Below, piece after piece: positions 1-12,694 of a stretch of 64,000 bases of DNA; the stretch's first letter is position 1, and each line of letters begins with the position of its first letter. The translations under genes and the position numbers were made by a program. This DNA comes from Eledone cirrhosa. Taxonomy: Eukaryota. The stretch is taken from positions 126,852,001 to 126,916,000 of the forward strand of contig OZ024745.1 of assembly GCA_964016885.1 (NCBI GenBank). Reading direction: 5' to 3'. Below the pieces are notes generated by a model. The model ran no database searches and had not been told where the DNA came from. It saw nothing but the letters and a program-made list of their open reading frames with translations.

Positions 1-170
1 TCTTGCACAGGCCGCCATGTCATGTGACATGGCCAAATCACGCCAGTTTCCTCTTCTTGACAGTGCCGAGGAGAGGTTCCTGGTGACCCATAAAACTTTT
101 AACCTTACTCCACACATATTAATTGGTTTTACATTCTCAATAGGAAATCCGAAGGAGTTTTCTCATGCAA
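1..170 (-). mobile_element. RTE-type LINE 3' fragment
   Basis: Minus strand encodes a degenerate PQEPLLGTVKRGNWRDLAMSH, resembling the RTE C-terminal 'EPLL.TVKRRKL.WFGHV' region. Confidence 0.5.
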
Positions 171-1361
171 GGATACAGTGTGCCTATTCCCAAAATCAGG
201 ATATGCATGATATTATAGTTTTTCAAATAGGTGCACTATATATCAGCACTTCATAAAAGGTTATTATATGGATAGTGTCAGGAACTAATAATTATTTATT
301 AATTACTCATGAAATCCAGTGAGAATTATTTTACAAATATATAGAGACAGTAAAAAGAATAAGAGGTATTGCTGTTCGGATATTTCCTTAGATCAGTACT
401 TCAAATCATTCCTACTAAGAATTGAAATCCAAAATGTATAGCTGCATCAATCACCCACTTCACATTTCTTGTAGCTTAAAAAGTACAATATTCTTGAGAA
501 ATATAGGCAATTTAACAGTGCCTGCATAAGAATTTCTTCAATTCAATTAAATCGAAAGAATGTAATAAAAAACTATTTTAGAATGTGAATATTATCATTT
601 GTTCATTAATTTAATGTTGGACATGAAGCTTTGTAATCTTTAGAAAGTTACATAGAATGTAAACACTATATTTAGCTATTAGCTGTTCATATTCTGAGCT
701 GTCAATTGTGGTTGCCTTGTGTCTTAATAAATCCCAAATGGTTGACTAAACTAAATAGGTTTATAAAATATAATAGTACTTAGATGTTTTGCAGACTTTT
801 GAAAATGAGGAATGTGTAATAATTCATAGCTATTTTCTATATGATGGAGATAAAAATAGGAGTTTAAAAATGAAACAGATCTAACAACTTATCGCATATC
901 TTACGCCTTAAAAGATACTTCAAATTAATAGAATTAAAAACATATTAGAAAATTAAAACCTCTTTAAAATAATTTGAATTCAAGTGCAAATCAAGTAGTT
1001 GTTTAAGTAGTTGTGAACTAGAATAAAAGTGAGGTTTTTATAAAAGCACTTTAAAGATATTTTTGATGTTGAAAAGGAGAGGTGCATTAATTAAAATGAA
1101 TACAATTATCTTGTATGGATAATTAAAAAATAACCGCAAGCAAGCCATACCAATCTTACTACCATCTGTAATCGGTCAGGTGTATTTATTTTTTTCTCAA
1201 CAGCAGCAAATTAATTGAGTAAATTATCTCTTAGTTCACCCTTTACCCTACAAACATTAAAAATAAAACTGAATAACCAATTCAGTTATATCAAAATATA
1301 TAATTTGTCTGGAATACCAAATCCTTTCACTGGACATTTTTCTCATATTAATATAAATTGA

Positions 1362-1650
1362 TCTTCTTATCATGTCTACATAAATGTCAGTTACAAAGCT
1401 TGGCTAGATGTAGTTCCACCACAGCTGAACACATTGCTGTCCTTTCTCATTAAACTCTGCCAAGTCCAATGCTGTGCAGGGGTGTTCCAGCAGGAAGTGC
1501 TGCGTAGTATGTGGTCACACACAACATCCCCATCCTTTAAATATCCCCATTTTGCAAGATTGACTTTTGCACGTCCAACACCAGATCTTAGTCTGTTTAG
1601 GTATTTCTACACTGCATAGTTTTTATCTGCTCCAGGGAACAAGGCCTCTG
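1362..1650 (-). mobile_element. Ingi/Vingi-like (I-group) LINE 3' end; second copy at 27197-27520
   Basis: Two similar copies. Minus-strand translation gives WKCLNRLRSGVGRAKVNLAKWGYLKDG...CDCGIEPQTTQHLLIC (CCHC-type finger), followed by a GAA-type tail. Confidence 0.6.
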
Positions 1651-2099
1651 TTTCAATAAAAAATATCTTTAGTTTGATGACTTTAAACTTATATTCCTAC
1701 ACAATTAAATAAATTTAAAGGTTTATGATTTTAATTTTAATTTGTATATATTTCACCAGGCTAATATAAGTTAAAGTTTTTGAAAATTCAGATCATTATT
1801 ATCTTTTTATCACCCATACTTTCTCATTACCAAATGACTCCTTTTAACAGTTATGCTAAGAAGCCTGTTGATTTTCAAGGGTAACTAACTGTGTGGTGAT
1901 GAAGTTTAATTTTTCTATTAACATCTCTTTTTAGCATAATGACTTTAATCCTTTGCTAGCTGAATGTTGTAAGAAAAAATTAGTTCTTTATAGCTGAAGG
2001 AGTATTATCATCACTTGCCGTTAGGTTATTGTGACCTAACCATAGGAAGACAATAATATTTAGGGATCATCAGAAAAATCCTCCTCCTCCTCCTCCTCC

Positions 2100-2154
<55 letters not shown>

Positions 2155-2614
2155 TTACTGTCTGATTTTCTATACTAGTATAAATTTGATGTTTTCTACT
2201 GACAGCATCATTTTCTGAAAAATCTATACCCTGCTTCATTTATCTGTATGATCTAATGTTTTAAGATTCTATCTAGATTGCTCTTTCCTGGCTTCAGTTA
2301 TATTAATTTATAACATTTTTCTTATAAAATGGCACATTTTCTTAGCCATGCAGTCAGGTCATTAGTCCTACATTCATTAAATGATATCTATAATAAATGG
2401 ATGTTGTTTTTTTTCAACCATTTCTCAATATTACATATAAATTCCTATAGCACATAACCCATTTTTCTAATTTCTGGATGCTTCCTACTTTTAACATTCC
2501 TGTTTCATTGCCAAATCATATGATGGCAAGTGTTTTATTGCAAGATACCCATCCTAATTTTAACTACTTGTTTGACTAAATCCAATAATATGCTTTGCCA
2601 AAAAAGACTCATGC

Positions 2615-2805
2615 TTGTTTCTACTTTTGGCACAAGGCCAGCAATTACCCAGTGTATTACTGGTACTTTATTTTATCGACCCCATAAGGATGAAAGGCAA
2701 AGTTAACCTCGGCGTGATTTGAACTCAGAACATAAAGGGCCATAACTCTGTGCTGCAAAGCATGGTGTCTGACGATCTACCAATACTGCCAATCCATCGC
2801 CCTAT
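2615..2805 (-). mobile_element. tRNA-derived SINE family A (representative; >20 copies)
   Basis: A box TGGCAGTATCGG, B box GAGTTCAAATC, core gaggttaactttgcctttcatccttacggggtcgataaaataaagtacc, (TTA)n tail. Other copies near 8526, 11878, 12085, 12345, 14475, 14997, 22620, 23958, 28015, 35895, 38175, 38427, 38622, 40760, 56323, 58521, 58708, 59057. Confidence 0.9.
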
Positions 2806-4024
2806 ACTTAATATAATGTTAGTGCCATAATATGAATATATTTAATATAGAGTTGTAGTTTTCTTGAAGCATTGTGGAATAAAAAATACAAATTTAAATA
2901 ATTTCAAAAGCCCTACAATGCATAGAAGATTAAAGGTGATGCTTTTAAACTTATTTAAATCTGTATATCTATCATATTTAATAGCTATTATTCTAAACAA
3001 TTAGTTTGTTTAATTTATTATAAACAAGGAAAAACGGTTTTTTAAAGGTGCTGGTTTTAAACTTATTTAAATTTGTATATCTATCATATTTAATAGCTCT
3101 TATTTTAAACAATTAGTTTGTTTTACAGTTCATTTATCCTAAACAAGGAAAAACAGTTTTTTTTTATTGAATTTTCTCATTGCACACTTATATTCATTGG
3201 ATTACATACAAGCATACACTAAATTGGTATGTGAAAGGCTTTATTATCTTTAAGACAAAAGAACTGAAATAAAAGCAGTGAATGTTTGATTAGAAAACTA
3301 TTGAAATTATTTATTAGATGCAGCTCATATGTAACTGGATTGAAGAAACTTGGTCAATTCATTCAAAGCTGAGAAATAGTGAAGGATGAATTCTTTTGAA
3401 ATTCAATCAAAGCAATTATGTTAAAATGGTAATAAATATATACAATTTGGCAAAGTATCAAAAATTATAGTCAGGCAATTTATATAAGATTCTGGTATAA
3501 ATGGCCTGTATTTATGGTTCTTAGCAATTATATTGGGAAAAGATAGCATAGACTAGAGTTTCAAAATCAAAAGATCCATACTAGAAAATTATTCTGTATG
3601 AATAGAAGAAACATAAAGCATAAGATCTATAAATTTATCACTATGTCTTTCTTGTTAGTTATTTATTTTCATATAAGGAGATTTGTATGTGTTTATGTAT
3701 ATATGTGTATATCTAGGCTTTTATATATGTATCCAGGCTTTTAGAAAATATATGCCATAATATAACTAAAGTGTTGGTATCAGAAAGGGAATCCAAATGC
3801 AAAACACTGCCTCAAAATGTCTTGCCCAACCATACTAGCATGGAAAAGTGGACATTAAAACAATGATGATGACATATATTTATTTATCAGTTGTAAAGTT
3901 ACATCAGTGAATGAAGGACCTAGATTTTCATCCCGAAGCCCTTGTAAACCCCTTGTAAAACTAAACAGTATCTAAACCATCACACATATATTTAGAATAA
4001 TATTAAACTTTCTTAGACTCTCAA

Positions 4025-4200
4025 GTGACTTCTGGAATTCATGGTCCCTATACCACTTCCCTACTCACCTCTATTGAAGTAGAGTTGGTCAGCCATAGGT
4101 GTGAACCCCGTAAGCTAGAATGGCTATTTCAACGCATCTCCTTCTCTATTCTCTGGACTAATGCTTTCTCTATTCTGTCCTCTGGGACCATGAGGCACCT
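4025..4200 (+). mobile_element. CRE-clade non-LTR retrotransposon 3' fragment; second copy 22454-22610
   Basis: Encodes HRCEPRKLEWLFQRISFSILWTNAFSILS / EWLFQHISLTILRGNAFSIL, matching the CRE C-terminal FQR.S.A..RGNA..I motif. Confidence 0.6.
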
Positions 4201-4689
4201 TCCACCTAGGCTTCTACATGCCAGATATATTCTCCCAGAATGTCTGAAATTGTATTATTTGGGTAGTGAAAAACACTCAGTACACACCATAATGTGGTTG
4301 GCATGTGTTCAGAAATAACATAAGGTGGAGAGGACTCTTCAGTCACATCAAAGACATGATAATCTCTCTATTGCTGGAGCTATGATAAAATATACCCAGC
4401 ATACTCTGAAAAGTGGTTGACTTTAGGAAGGGCATCAAGTACAGGGATTGATATTATAAACTTTGCCCATCCCCAAAATTTTCTGGCCTTGTGCCTAAAT
4501 TAGAAATCAAAATTTAATTTATGTCTAAAATTAAAAGTATTTAACGTATATATTTCTAATCTGTAGCATTTGTGGAACTATTCTGTGATTTATATATTTA
4601 CTGGTCTTAAATACTCAATCATCATCATCATTTTTTACATTGATCTTTCCATTTCCTTATGTGTTAAACGGCACTTTTTGAAGCAATGT

Positions 4690-5002
4690 TTTAAGCTGTT
4701 GACAGCTGCATATATTTTACACAACTGCACTTATTGTGCCGGTTCTTTTTTCAGTAGAATGACTATTTTTTTAAAAACAAACATTTAACAACACATATCT
4801 GAATGATTGACAAATGTCATGTCAATAAACTAGTAACCCCATCTAGCTTTTAAGTCATGAACTGTTGGAAATAAGTTCATAACTTTGAAGTTATGACTGT
4901 TGGAAAAGAGTTCAAACATGTTATAACGAGTTATCTCATCCAGGGCACTGGAATGCATACATATTAGGATGAGTTATCTCGTTTACGGCACTGAAGAGTT
5001 AA
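4690..5002. mobile_element. TTAA-flanked MITE family 3; second copy 48490-48675
   Basis: Shared internal sequence (ctgaatgattgacaaatgtc...gagttcaaacat...ggcactgaagag) bounded by TTAA and imperfect TIRs. Confidence 0.65.
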
Positions 5003-5086
5003 AGCTTGATGCCCTTCTTTGCAGCAACCCTTTTAGTCACTTCTTAAAACAGGCAGCGATACAATGTATGTATTTTAAATCAGATA

Positions 5087-5610
5087 CACACATGAACACA
5101 CACACACATGAACACACACATGAACACACACACACATGAACACACACATGAACACACACACGCATGAACACACACACATGAACACACACACGCATGAACA
5201 AACACATGAACACACACACATGAACACACACACGCATGAACACACACACATGAACACACACACGCATGAACAAACACATGAACACACACACATGAACACA
5301 CACACGCATGAACACACACACATGAACACACACAGGCATGAACACACACACATGAACACACACACTCATGAACACACAGGCATGAACACACACACACACA
5401 TGAACACACACAAGCATGAACACACACACACATGAACACACAGGCATGAACACACACACACATGAACACACACAAGCATGAACACACACACACACATGAA
5501 CACACACAAGCATGAACACACACACACATGGACACACACAAGCATGAACACACACACACATGGACACACACATGAGTGTACTCACATGAATAAACACACA
5601 TGAACATACT
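5087..5610. repeat. (CATGAACACACA...)n compound minisatellite
   Basis: Directly visible. It produces the spurious CV/HT-rich ORFs. Confidence 0.95.
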
Positions 5611-5647
5611 CACTCATAAACATATTCATATACACACATATATATAT

Positions 5648-6042
5648 CATCATCATCACCCACCGTTTTATGTCCGTTCTTCCACGCTAGCATGGGTTAG
5701 ACGGGTTGTCCTGTTGTGGGCAATGTCCGGTCGGCTGACCTTGTCTTGCTTATACGGAAACTGATTCGGGCTAGATTTCTACAGCAGGATGCCCTTCCTA
5801 ACACCAACCTCATTTACAGTGTGGGCTGGGTGCTTTTTTGCCGTGGCACCTCCATGACCACTTTGCAGTGGAATGATAGGGACCCCAGTCCTATCGTCTC
5901 ATTTCTACAGCTGAGTAAGCTGGAGCAATGTGAAATAAAGTGCCTTGCTCAAGGAAACAACACATCACTCGGTTCAACAATTGAACTCACAACCTTTCGA
6001 TTGTAAGCCTAATGCTCTAACCACTAAGCCATGCGCCTTCAC
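5648..6042 (-). mobile_element. tRNA/CORE-like SINE family B, full length with (GAT)n tail
   Basis: Head ggcgcatggcttagtggttagag...gagttcaatt; core ccttgagcaag.cactttatttcacattgctccag..tactcagctgtagaaatgag; body ttaggaagggcatcc; tail ggac.taaaa..gatgatg. Other copies at 29815-30152, 37228-37497, 39062-39391. Confidence 0.85.
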
Positions 6043-6267
6043 ATATATATATATATAAACACACTTCAAGAACATTTTTCTCCTTCAGATTCTACATCTT
6101 CAAAAATATAAAATTTTAAAAAGAATGTTTAATGACATTTCATTTCAACTGTCATGGGAATCTAGAAATATATAAAGTCATTCAAAGTAGATCATTAAAG
6201 ACCTAAGATGATGTGATACACTGCATTACAAACTTCTTTATTTATTTGGTTAGTGGAATAATTTCTT

Positions 6268-6381
6268 TTAACGCTTTAGCATTTAAACTGGCCGTATCTG
6301 GCCAGAGTGCTCACACCTCTTTCTGTTCAAACTGGCTGTAACTGGTCACTCATACTGATGTTAAAGTATTGTTCTCAAGAT
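6268..6381 (+). mobile_element. piggyBac-type MITE family 1, partial
   Basis: Left end ttaacgctttagcatttaaactggcc plus the shared internal sequence. Confidence 0.75.
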
Positions 6382-6407
6382 ATTCTTTTTAACCAAACAC
6401 CCCAGTT

Positions 6408-6646
6408 TTAACCCTTTCATGACAGCATTTCTAATGAAATACACTCTTTTCAATCCATTAATGAAGAAGTTTGAGGGATTTAGTAAATTTATTAGTTATT
6501 TCATTACTATAATACTAAGTTGATGTAAGGTTCTTATATAAAATTATGTTGGAAGATTTTAATTTAAATTGGAAACCTTTAAAATGGATGGTTTTATTTC
6601 ATAGAACTAGAACAGCTTTTGGCCAGGTTGGTAACTAAAGAGTTGA
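6408..6646 (+). mobile_element. piggyBac-type MITE family 2
   Basis: ttaaccctttc...ttctaatgaaatacact...catagaac...aaagagtt. Other copies at 9788-10545(-), 10546-10694(- partial), 23400-23844, 42060-42582(-), 58431-59028. Confidence 0.75.
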
Positions 6647-6934
6647 GATAATGTTTCTTCAACTCCTGGATAACATTAAGTACGGTATTGCAATAACATT
6701 TCATTGAATCACTTTATTCTATTTTCAAAGGAACATTAGATAACACTATGTCCAGTACTGAAATAACATTTCTTTAAATCATTTCACACTACTAAGCCAA
6801 GTTTTTCATCATACATCTCAACTATTTCTATAATGAAGTACATCCAGTTCTAACTATGATTAATCTAAATTCTGAGCATGGTCAACTGATGTGAGCATGA
6901 GAAAATAAATGCAACTGAGTAAATATATATGTGC

Positions 6935-7005
<71 letters not shown>

Positions 7006-8926
7006 CCTTTTCATGGTGTTTGAAAGACTTCATATAACTTATCTAATAATTGGTCAAAAATCAAATCAACAGAAGGAAATGTAAAAGCAATTCTTCACTA
7101 AATTGCTTCATTCTGATTTCCAGTTCCCAATTAGAGCAATTTTATTTATATAATGACATTAACATTTCAATTATCTGTCTGATTTCTTTTATAAGTCTAA
7201 GAAATCACTATGAAATCATTATTAACTAAATTGTATTGGTGGGGGAGGGGGTGGTCTCATCTTTTCATGTCAGAATATTCATAAATTAAATTTTCTTTGC
7301 TGAAAGAAATCTCACGCTGTATTTGACTTTCTTCTCAACAAATATTTATGATTCCATGTCATCATCATCATCATCCTCATCATCACCATCACCATCATCA
7401 CCATCACCATCACCATCATCATCATCATATGTCCACTTTTCCCTGCTTGCAAGGGTGGGACAGGTCCTCTTGAAAACAGCATCTTTCCATCTGTCATTCA
7501 ACTATAACGTTATAACTTTTTTCTCATCAATGATTTTAACTAATTTCCTTTTATTAGAAGAATAATCATCTGTTTTAGGTTAAATTTTACTTTTGAAAAT
7601 AAGGATTTTAAAAAAATGTATGGAGGCACAGAAATTAGAATCTTAAGCCTTGTCTAAAGACACAACATAATATCAATACTTTCAATAGGATACGAGCATG
7701 AAATCTGCAAATTGTTATCTTAATCTCTTAGTTGCTAGGTATCCCAGTTGCAGAAATGTAATTTCATAATAATGCTTTTTAATTCTACCTTTAGGTTGTT
7801 TGTTATTTTTTAACCTATTTTTTAACCTTGGTTGGGCAGTTTTATCTTCAAATATATTTCATTCATATCCATCATTTTTTTTAATGTATATGGTCTCCAG
7901 GACTACATTGTCCAGCGTAAAGGAGATTTGGCTTCTTTTTCCTGATAGTTAGTGGTAATAGATTGTGAAGTTGAAGTGTGATTAAATATTTATAAAAGTA
8001 GAAATCAAAGAAGCATACAATTCATAGCTAGATAAAAGTTGTGCAAGTAGGGAAAGGAAAGAAACACAGTAGTGAAATGGTCAAATTAAATTGAGGATAA
8101 GATTGTTGATAGTGATTTTTTAATTTAGCTTGAAATTGACAACTCTAACATCAAGACTAAAATGGACAATTAACAATGTAGAAAGTATATGCTTGCTAGC
8201 AGCACAGCACTTAAGATGTTAAGGTGCTTGACTATTGTCATGCATATATACCTGACTTCAGCTATTGTGTTTTGCCTTGTTGATACACATTTCATTACTT
8301 GTTTCAGTTTATTATAGATAACACAGCTAGTTTTTATGTCAGTAGTTAGAAGTAAATATAATATCTTGGCATAAAAATACATATGTAACTCATAACATCG
8401 TGTAATGATGTAGCAGAAAATATCTAAAAATGGATTTGTTAATTTAAATATTTATAGTATTTTCATTGGTGAATAGATGTTTGTGAAAATTTGCAGTTAT
8501 TAAAGTAAAGACTATAATATTTAATTGTTTCTACTTTAGGCACAAGGCCAACAATTACCCAGTACATTACTGGTACTTTATTTTATCGACCCCGTAAGGA
8601 TGAAAGGCAAAGTTAACCTCGGCGGGATTTGAACTCAGACTGTAAAGGGACGTAACTATGCTAGAAAGCATGGCGTCCAACCCTCTACCGATACTGCCAA
8701 TTCACCAATACCAGTAAAGACTATAATATTTAATGTGATGCAGTCACAGTGTCATTTAGTGCTTTTCAAGAATGTTTTGCTAATGAGGTTTTGTGTGGTA
8801 AAGGATGTTAAGAGTGAAATCACAGCCTACTATTTTAGAAAAGAATGGCACAAAAGATAATATAGGCTTAGATATACTATATCTGTAAAGAACATTTAGT
8901 TAGCAATATACACTATTAATATATTA

Positions 8927-9239
8927 AAAAGGAAAGGGTAAAGACTCCCTTCTGTCATGAATAACCTAGAAAGTTCCCCTTTGAGGCACAAATCTGGGCA
9001 GGATATTTTTGTGGAAGATCAGCAGTCGCCCATGCACACCAGTCTCCTCTTTCAATGTCACCAATGTTGTCCAAGGGAAAGACAAAACCAGCACAGCTTG
9101 GCACCAGTGATGCTGCAACTCATTTTTTTTCAGCTGAATGAACTGGAGCAATGTGAAGTAAAGTGTCTTGCTCGAGTACAGGAATTAAACTCACAACCTC
9201 ACAATTGAGAGCCTAATGCTCTAACCACTAAGCCATGTG
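8927..9239 (-). mobile_element. SINE with family-B head/core and alternative 3' tail (also 54625-54925)
   Basis: 15-bp TSD acta(t/a)taatatatta at 8912-8926 / 9240-9254. Tail acctagaaagttcccc...gtcgcccatgca. Confidence 0.8.
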
Positions 9240-9916
9240 ACTAATAATATATTATATACTAAAATCACAAGCAAATAATCTTGGCTGTATCAACCTTAAA
9301 AATAGGTTCTTCATACACTTTACATATGAATGGCAGGTATTAGAAAGTATTTCCAATAGAATATATCTTTAATTCTTCATACAATTTAATAATAATAATA
9401 CTGGAGGGATAACTGAATTTTGTTTTTTTTGTTTTAGTCTAAAAAGGAAGGCAGTATTTAATGCATTTATAGACCATTGCATACAGATGCGAGAAACTGA
9501 TTTAAATTAATGTGGCGTGGTGAGTTTAAATGTGCTAGGTGTGGGTGGTAGAAGGTACCTCTTGCTGTGATATATCAACAAAAATGTGGAATGAACTATT
9601 AATGACATAAAAACATTGATATTCATAGAAAAATGCTTTAATATATTCTCTATGCATACCAATATGGAAAACAGCTACTGAAATGATGATAATGAAAATG
9701 ATTGACCTGACACTAACATAGAGAAGGAAATAAATATTATTTGTTCAATTATCATATTTTTCTGATCAAGTCTTGTTTGAATAAATATTAATCCTTTTGA
9801 TACCAACTCAGCTTAAACTGGTTCTGGGCCTATGAAACAAAACCCCTTATTTTAACTCTTCTGATACTAACCCAGCCAAAACTGGTTCCTATTTATATTG
9901 ACATCTTCCAATGTAA

Positions 9917-10418
9917 TCATAATATAATAAAGGGGGGAGTGCAGGACTGCGTCCTGAATACTTTTTTATCCCATTTGTAATTTAAGTTGGATTACTTTGA
10001 ATAAATAATGAATGAATATTACATAATTTATCTACTAAATTTTGTAACTCTTTATTAAATATAAATAATTTTATTGCTTGTTTCAAGATTCACTTCTTTA
10101 AAATTTTCAAATGTCAACACTTCCAGTTGCATCCATTATATTATAACACTTATTACATCGCTTATATAAACGTTCATATTATATAATGTTTATATTTCCG
10201 TCGCTAATTTTCTCCTAATGCAGTTTATATATAATATCATCTTTTTTAAATGTATCATGGATTACTTTACTGATTGCAGATTTCAATTTCTGTGCATATT
10301 CTCAATTACGATTTTATTTGACGTATCATATCTAAATGCATATATATTTGCGTATAATATCAATAAGCACACTACACTTGCTAGCAGGAAACCACCCTAA
10401 GAGTGGTTTTTCTGTTAG
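9917..10418 (+). mobile_element. Non-autonomous Helitron
   Basis: 5' TC (tcataatataataaag), subterminal hairpin aaaccac-cctaaga-gtggttt, 3' TTAG (CTAG variant). Inserted between A and T with no TSD inside a MITE-2 copy. Confidence 0.75.
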
Positions 10419-10718
10419 TTTTATATAAGAACCTTATGTTAAATAAATCCTTAAAAACTCCATATCCTTTAGTAAATCCCTTAAAATTATTCATTAATCA
10501 ATTGAAATAGAGTGTATTTTATTAAGAATATGACCACAAATGGTTCCTATGTAAATCAAAACTTTCCAACATAATTTTTGATAAAAATCATATGTTAAGT
10601 TACTATTTTAGTAATTAAATAATCTTACAAACTTCTTCATTAATTAATTGAAATGGGGTGTATTTCATTATAAATACAGTCATAAAAGAGTTAAACTTAT
10701 ATTTTTATTTCTTTTCAG

Positions 10719-10890
10719 GTGTTATAATTTGTAACTGGGGTATCATGTTAAGTGTTGTAGTTTGTATATGGTGTACATTTGATACGGCTGGTAGGAAGTG
10801 GGTTAAAATGAAACGTTTCCAAGAAAGTCTTAGAAGAAAGCAACGTGATCGCAAACACCAAAATTGTGCAAGACGGAACTGGAGACAAAG
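10719..10890 (+). CDS. DAGLA: Diacylglycerol lipase alpha, internal exon (TM4 and basic cytoplasmic segment)
   Basis: ttttcAG acceptor, AG|gtttgt donor. Encodes GVIICNWGIMLSVVVCIWCTFDTAGRKWVKMKRFQ...RRNWRQR, resembling vertebrate DAGLA GMVVCNWVVILSVCITVLCVFDPTGRTFVK (recalled). Phase 1 to phase 2. Confidence 0.93.
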
Positions 10891-11877
10891 GTTTGTATTT
10901 TTCATCTCAATTATTTTCAATGGATTTTAATTTTGTAAATATTCGATGCTTTTTTTTGTTTTGTTTTATTTTTTCTAATTTATGTTTTTAAGAGAACATT
11001 GTATATAGTGTTAATGTATTTAATGCACGAAAATGCTAATGGGAAGTAGACGCCATTCCTTGCTTCAGAGTCATACCCATGACCCAGTACTTCCTTCTCC
11101 CATAGAGGGATATCTCTCTTTCCCCAACTATCAGCATATAGCTTGCACCCCTCTTGATTTTTTTTTTACATTCTCTTATTCCCTTCAACCCACTGCACCC
11201 CTTACCCATCAACCCACTTCACCCTTTGCCCATCAACAACTCTCCCGCACTCTACTGTTGCAATGAGGTAGTACTGATGCCACAATAAAAAGCATGCAGT
11301 CCACACTGTATGACAGTAGTGCTTGTGCCACTACAAAAGCACCCAGTCCAGCCTGTAAGGTGGTAACGCCAAAATCCTGATAAAATACTACCAGAACACG
11401 CTTTAATGAGACTGGCATTAGGAAAGGCATTCAGCCATAGAAACAAAGCCCAAAACGAAGCATGCAAGCAAGACATAGTCACCTGACCAGTCTAGTTTAT
11501 ATAAGCCATGCAAGCATGGAAAATAGTGGTGGTGGTGTGTTGGTGATGGATATGATGGTGATCAGGAGGAGGATGCCTCTGAGCATTAAATTGGAAAAAA
11601 AAAGAAAACAACTTCCCAATAAAATGTTTGACTCACTGAAAACTGAAAAATAGCTTAGTGGCTTAGTGTCATGATTAAACCTTCTTGGGGAAAGAATGAG
11701 TAATGCTGGAATTTATAATGTGTGTATGTGTGAAGAAGTAATTTTTAATATCTGTCAATTTGTACATGAATAAAATACGATGATTAACTTTATTTATGTT
11801 TAGCTCTAACCCAAAATATAATTAAACCTTTTTTATCCAGCTTTTTTTTAATTCTGATTGTAATTATTATTGTTATT

Positions 11878-12637
11878 TGGCAGTATCGGCAGAGGGTCAG
11901 ATGCCATGCTTTCCAGCATAGTTACGTCCCTTTATGGTCTGAGTTCAAATCCCGCCGAGGTTAACTTTGTTGACTTTGCCTGTCATCCTTACGAGGTCGA
12001 TAAAATAAAGTACCAGTAATGCACTGGGTAATTGCTGGCCTTGTGCCTGAAGTAGAAACAATTATTATTATTATTATTATTGTAAGGGTGATGGATTGGC
12101 AGAATTGGTAGAGTGTCAGACAACATGCTTAGCGACATAGATTTTTGGCCCTTTACGTTCTGAGTACAAATCCCACCAAAGGTTAGATTTGCCTTTCATC
12201 CTTATGCGGTCAATAAAATAAAGTACCAATAATGCAATGGGGTCGATCTAATCGATTTTCCCTTCGCCCCCCCCCCCCCCCCCCCCCATTGCTCGCCTTG
12301 TGCCTAAAGTAGAAACAATTATTTTATTATTATCATTATAAACGCAGTGGATTGGCAATATCAAATATCAGTAGAGCATCAGACACCCTGCTTCATAGCA
12401 TAGAGTTACGGCCCTTTACGTTCGCAGTTCAAATCCCGCTGAGGTCAACTTTGCCTTTCATCCTTACGAGGTCGATAAAATAAATTACCAGTTACACACT
12501 GGGGTCGATTTAATCTACATTTCCTTCTCCCTCAAATTGCTGGCCTTGTGCCTAAATCAGAAATCATTATTATTATTAAAATAAAGTACCAGTAATGCAC
12601 TGGAGTAATTGCTGGCCTTGTGCCTAAAGTAGAAACA

Positions 12638-12693
<56 letters not shown>
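11878..12693 (+). mobile_element. Head-to-tail array of three SINE-A copies plus one 3' fragment
   Basis: The core gcctttcatcctta..ggtcgataaaataaa is repeated three times, with copies separated by (TTA)n tails. Confidence 0.9.

Positions 12694-12694
<1 letters not shown>

Noticed and set aside
1851-1880. AG...GT-bounded 30-nt candidate microexon
   Set aside because: No homology, and such patterns arise by chance in AT-rich introns.
5037-5613. Long CV/HT-repeat ORFs (also YI-repeat ORFs at 21362-21624, 40089-40781, 59650-60156 and poly-K/E/F/L ORFs)
   Set aside because: These are translations of micro- and minisatellites, with no splice or homology support.
7795-7950. Possible upstream hydrophobic DAGLA exon (CLLFFNLFFNLGWAVL)
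   Set aside because: No convincing similarity to DAGL TM3 and no clear in-phase donor before the stop.
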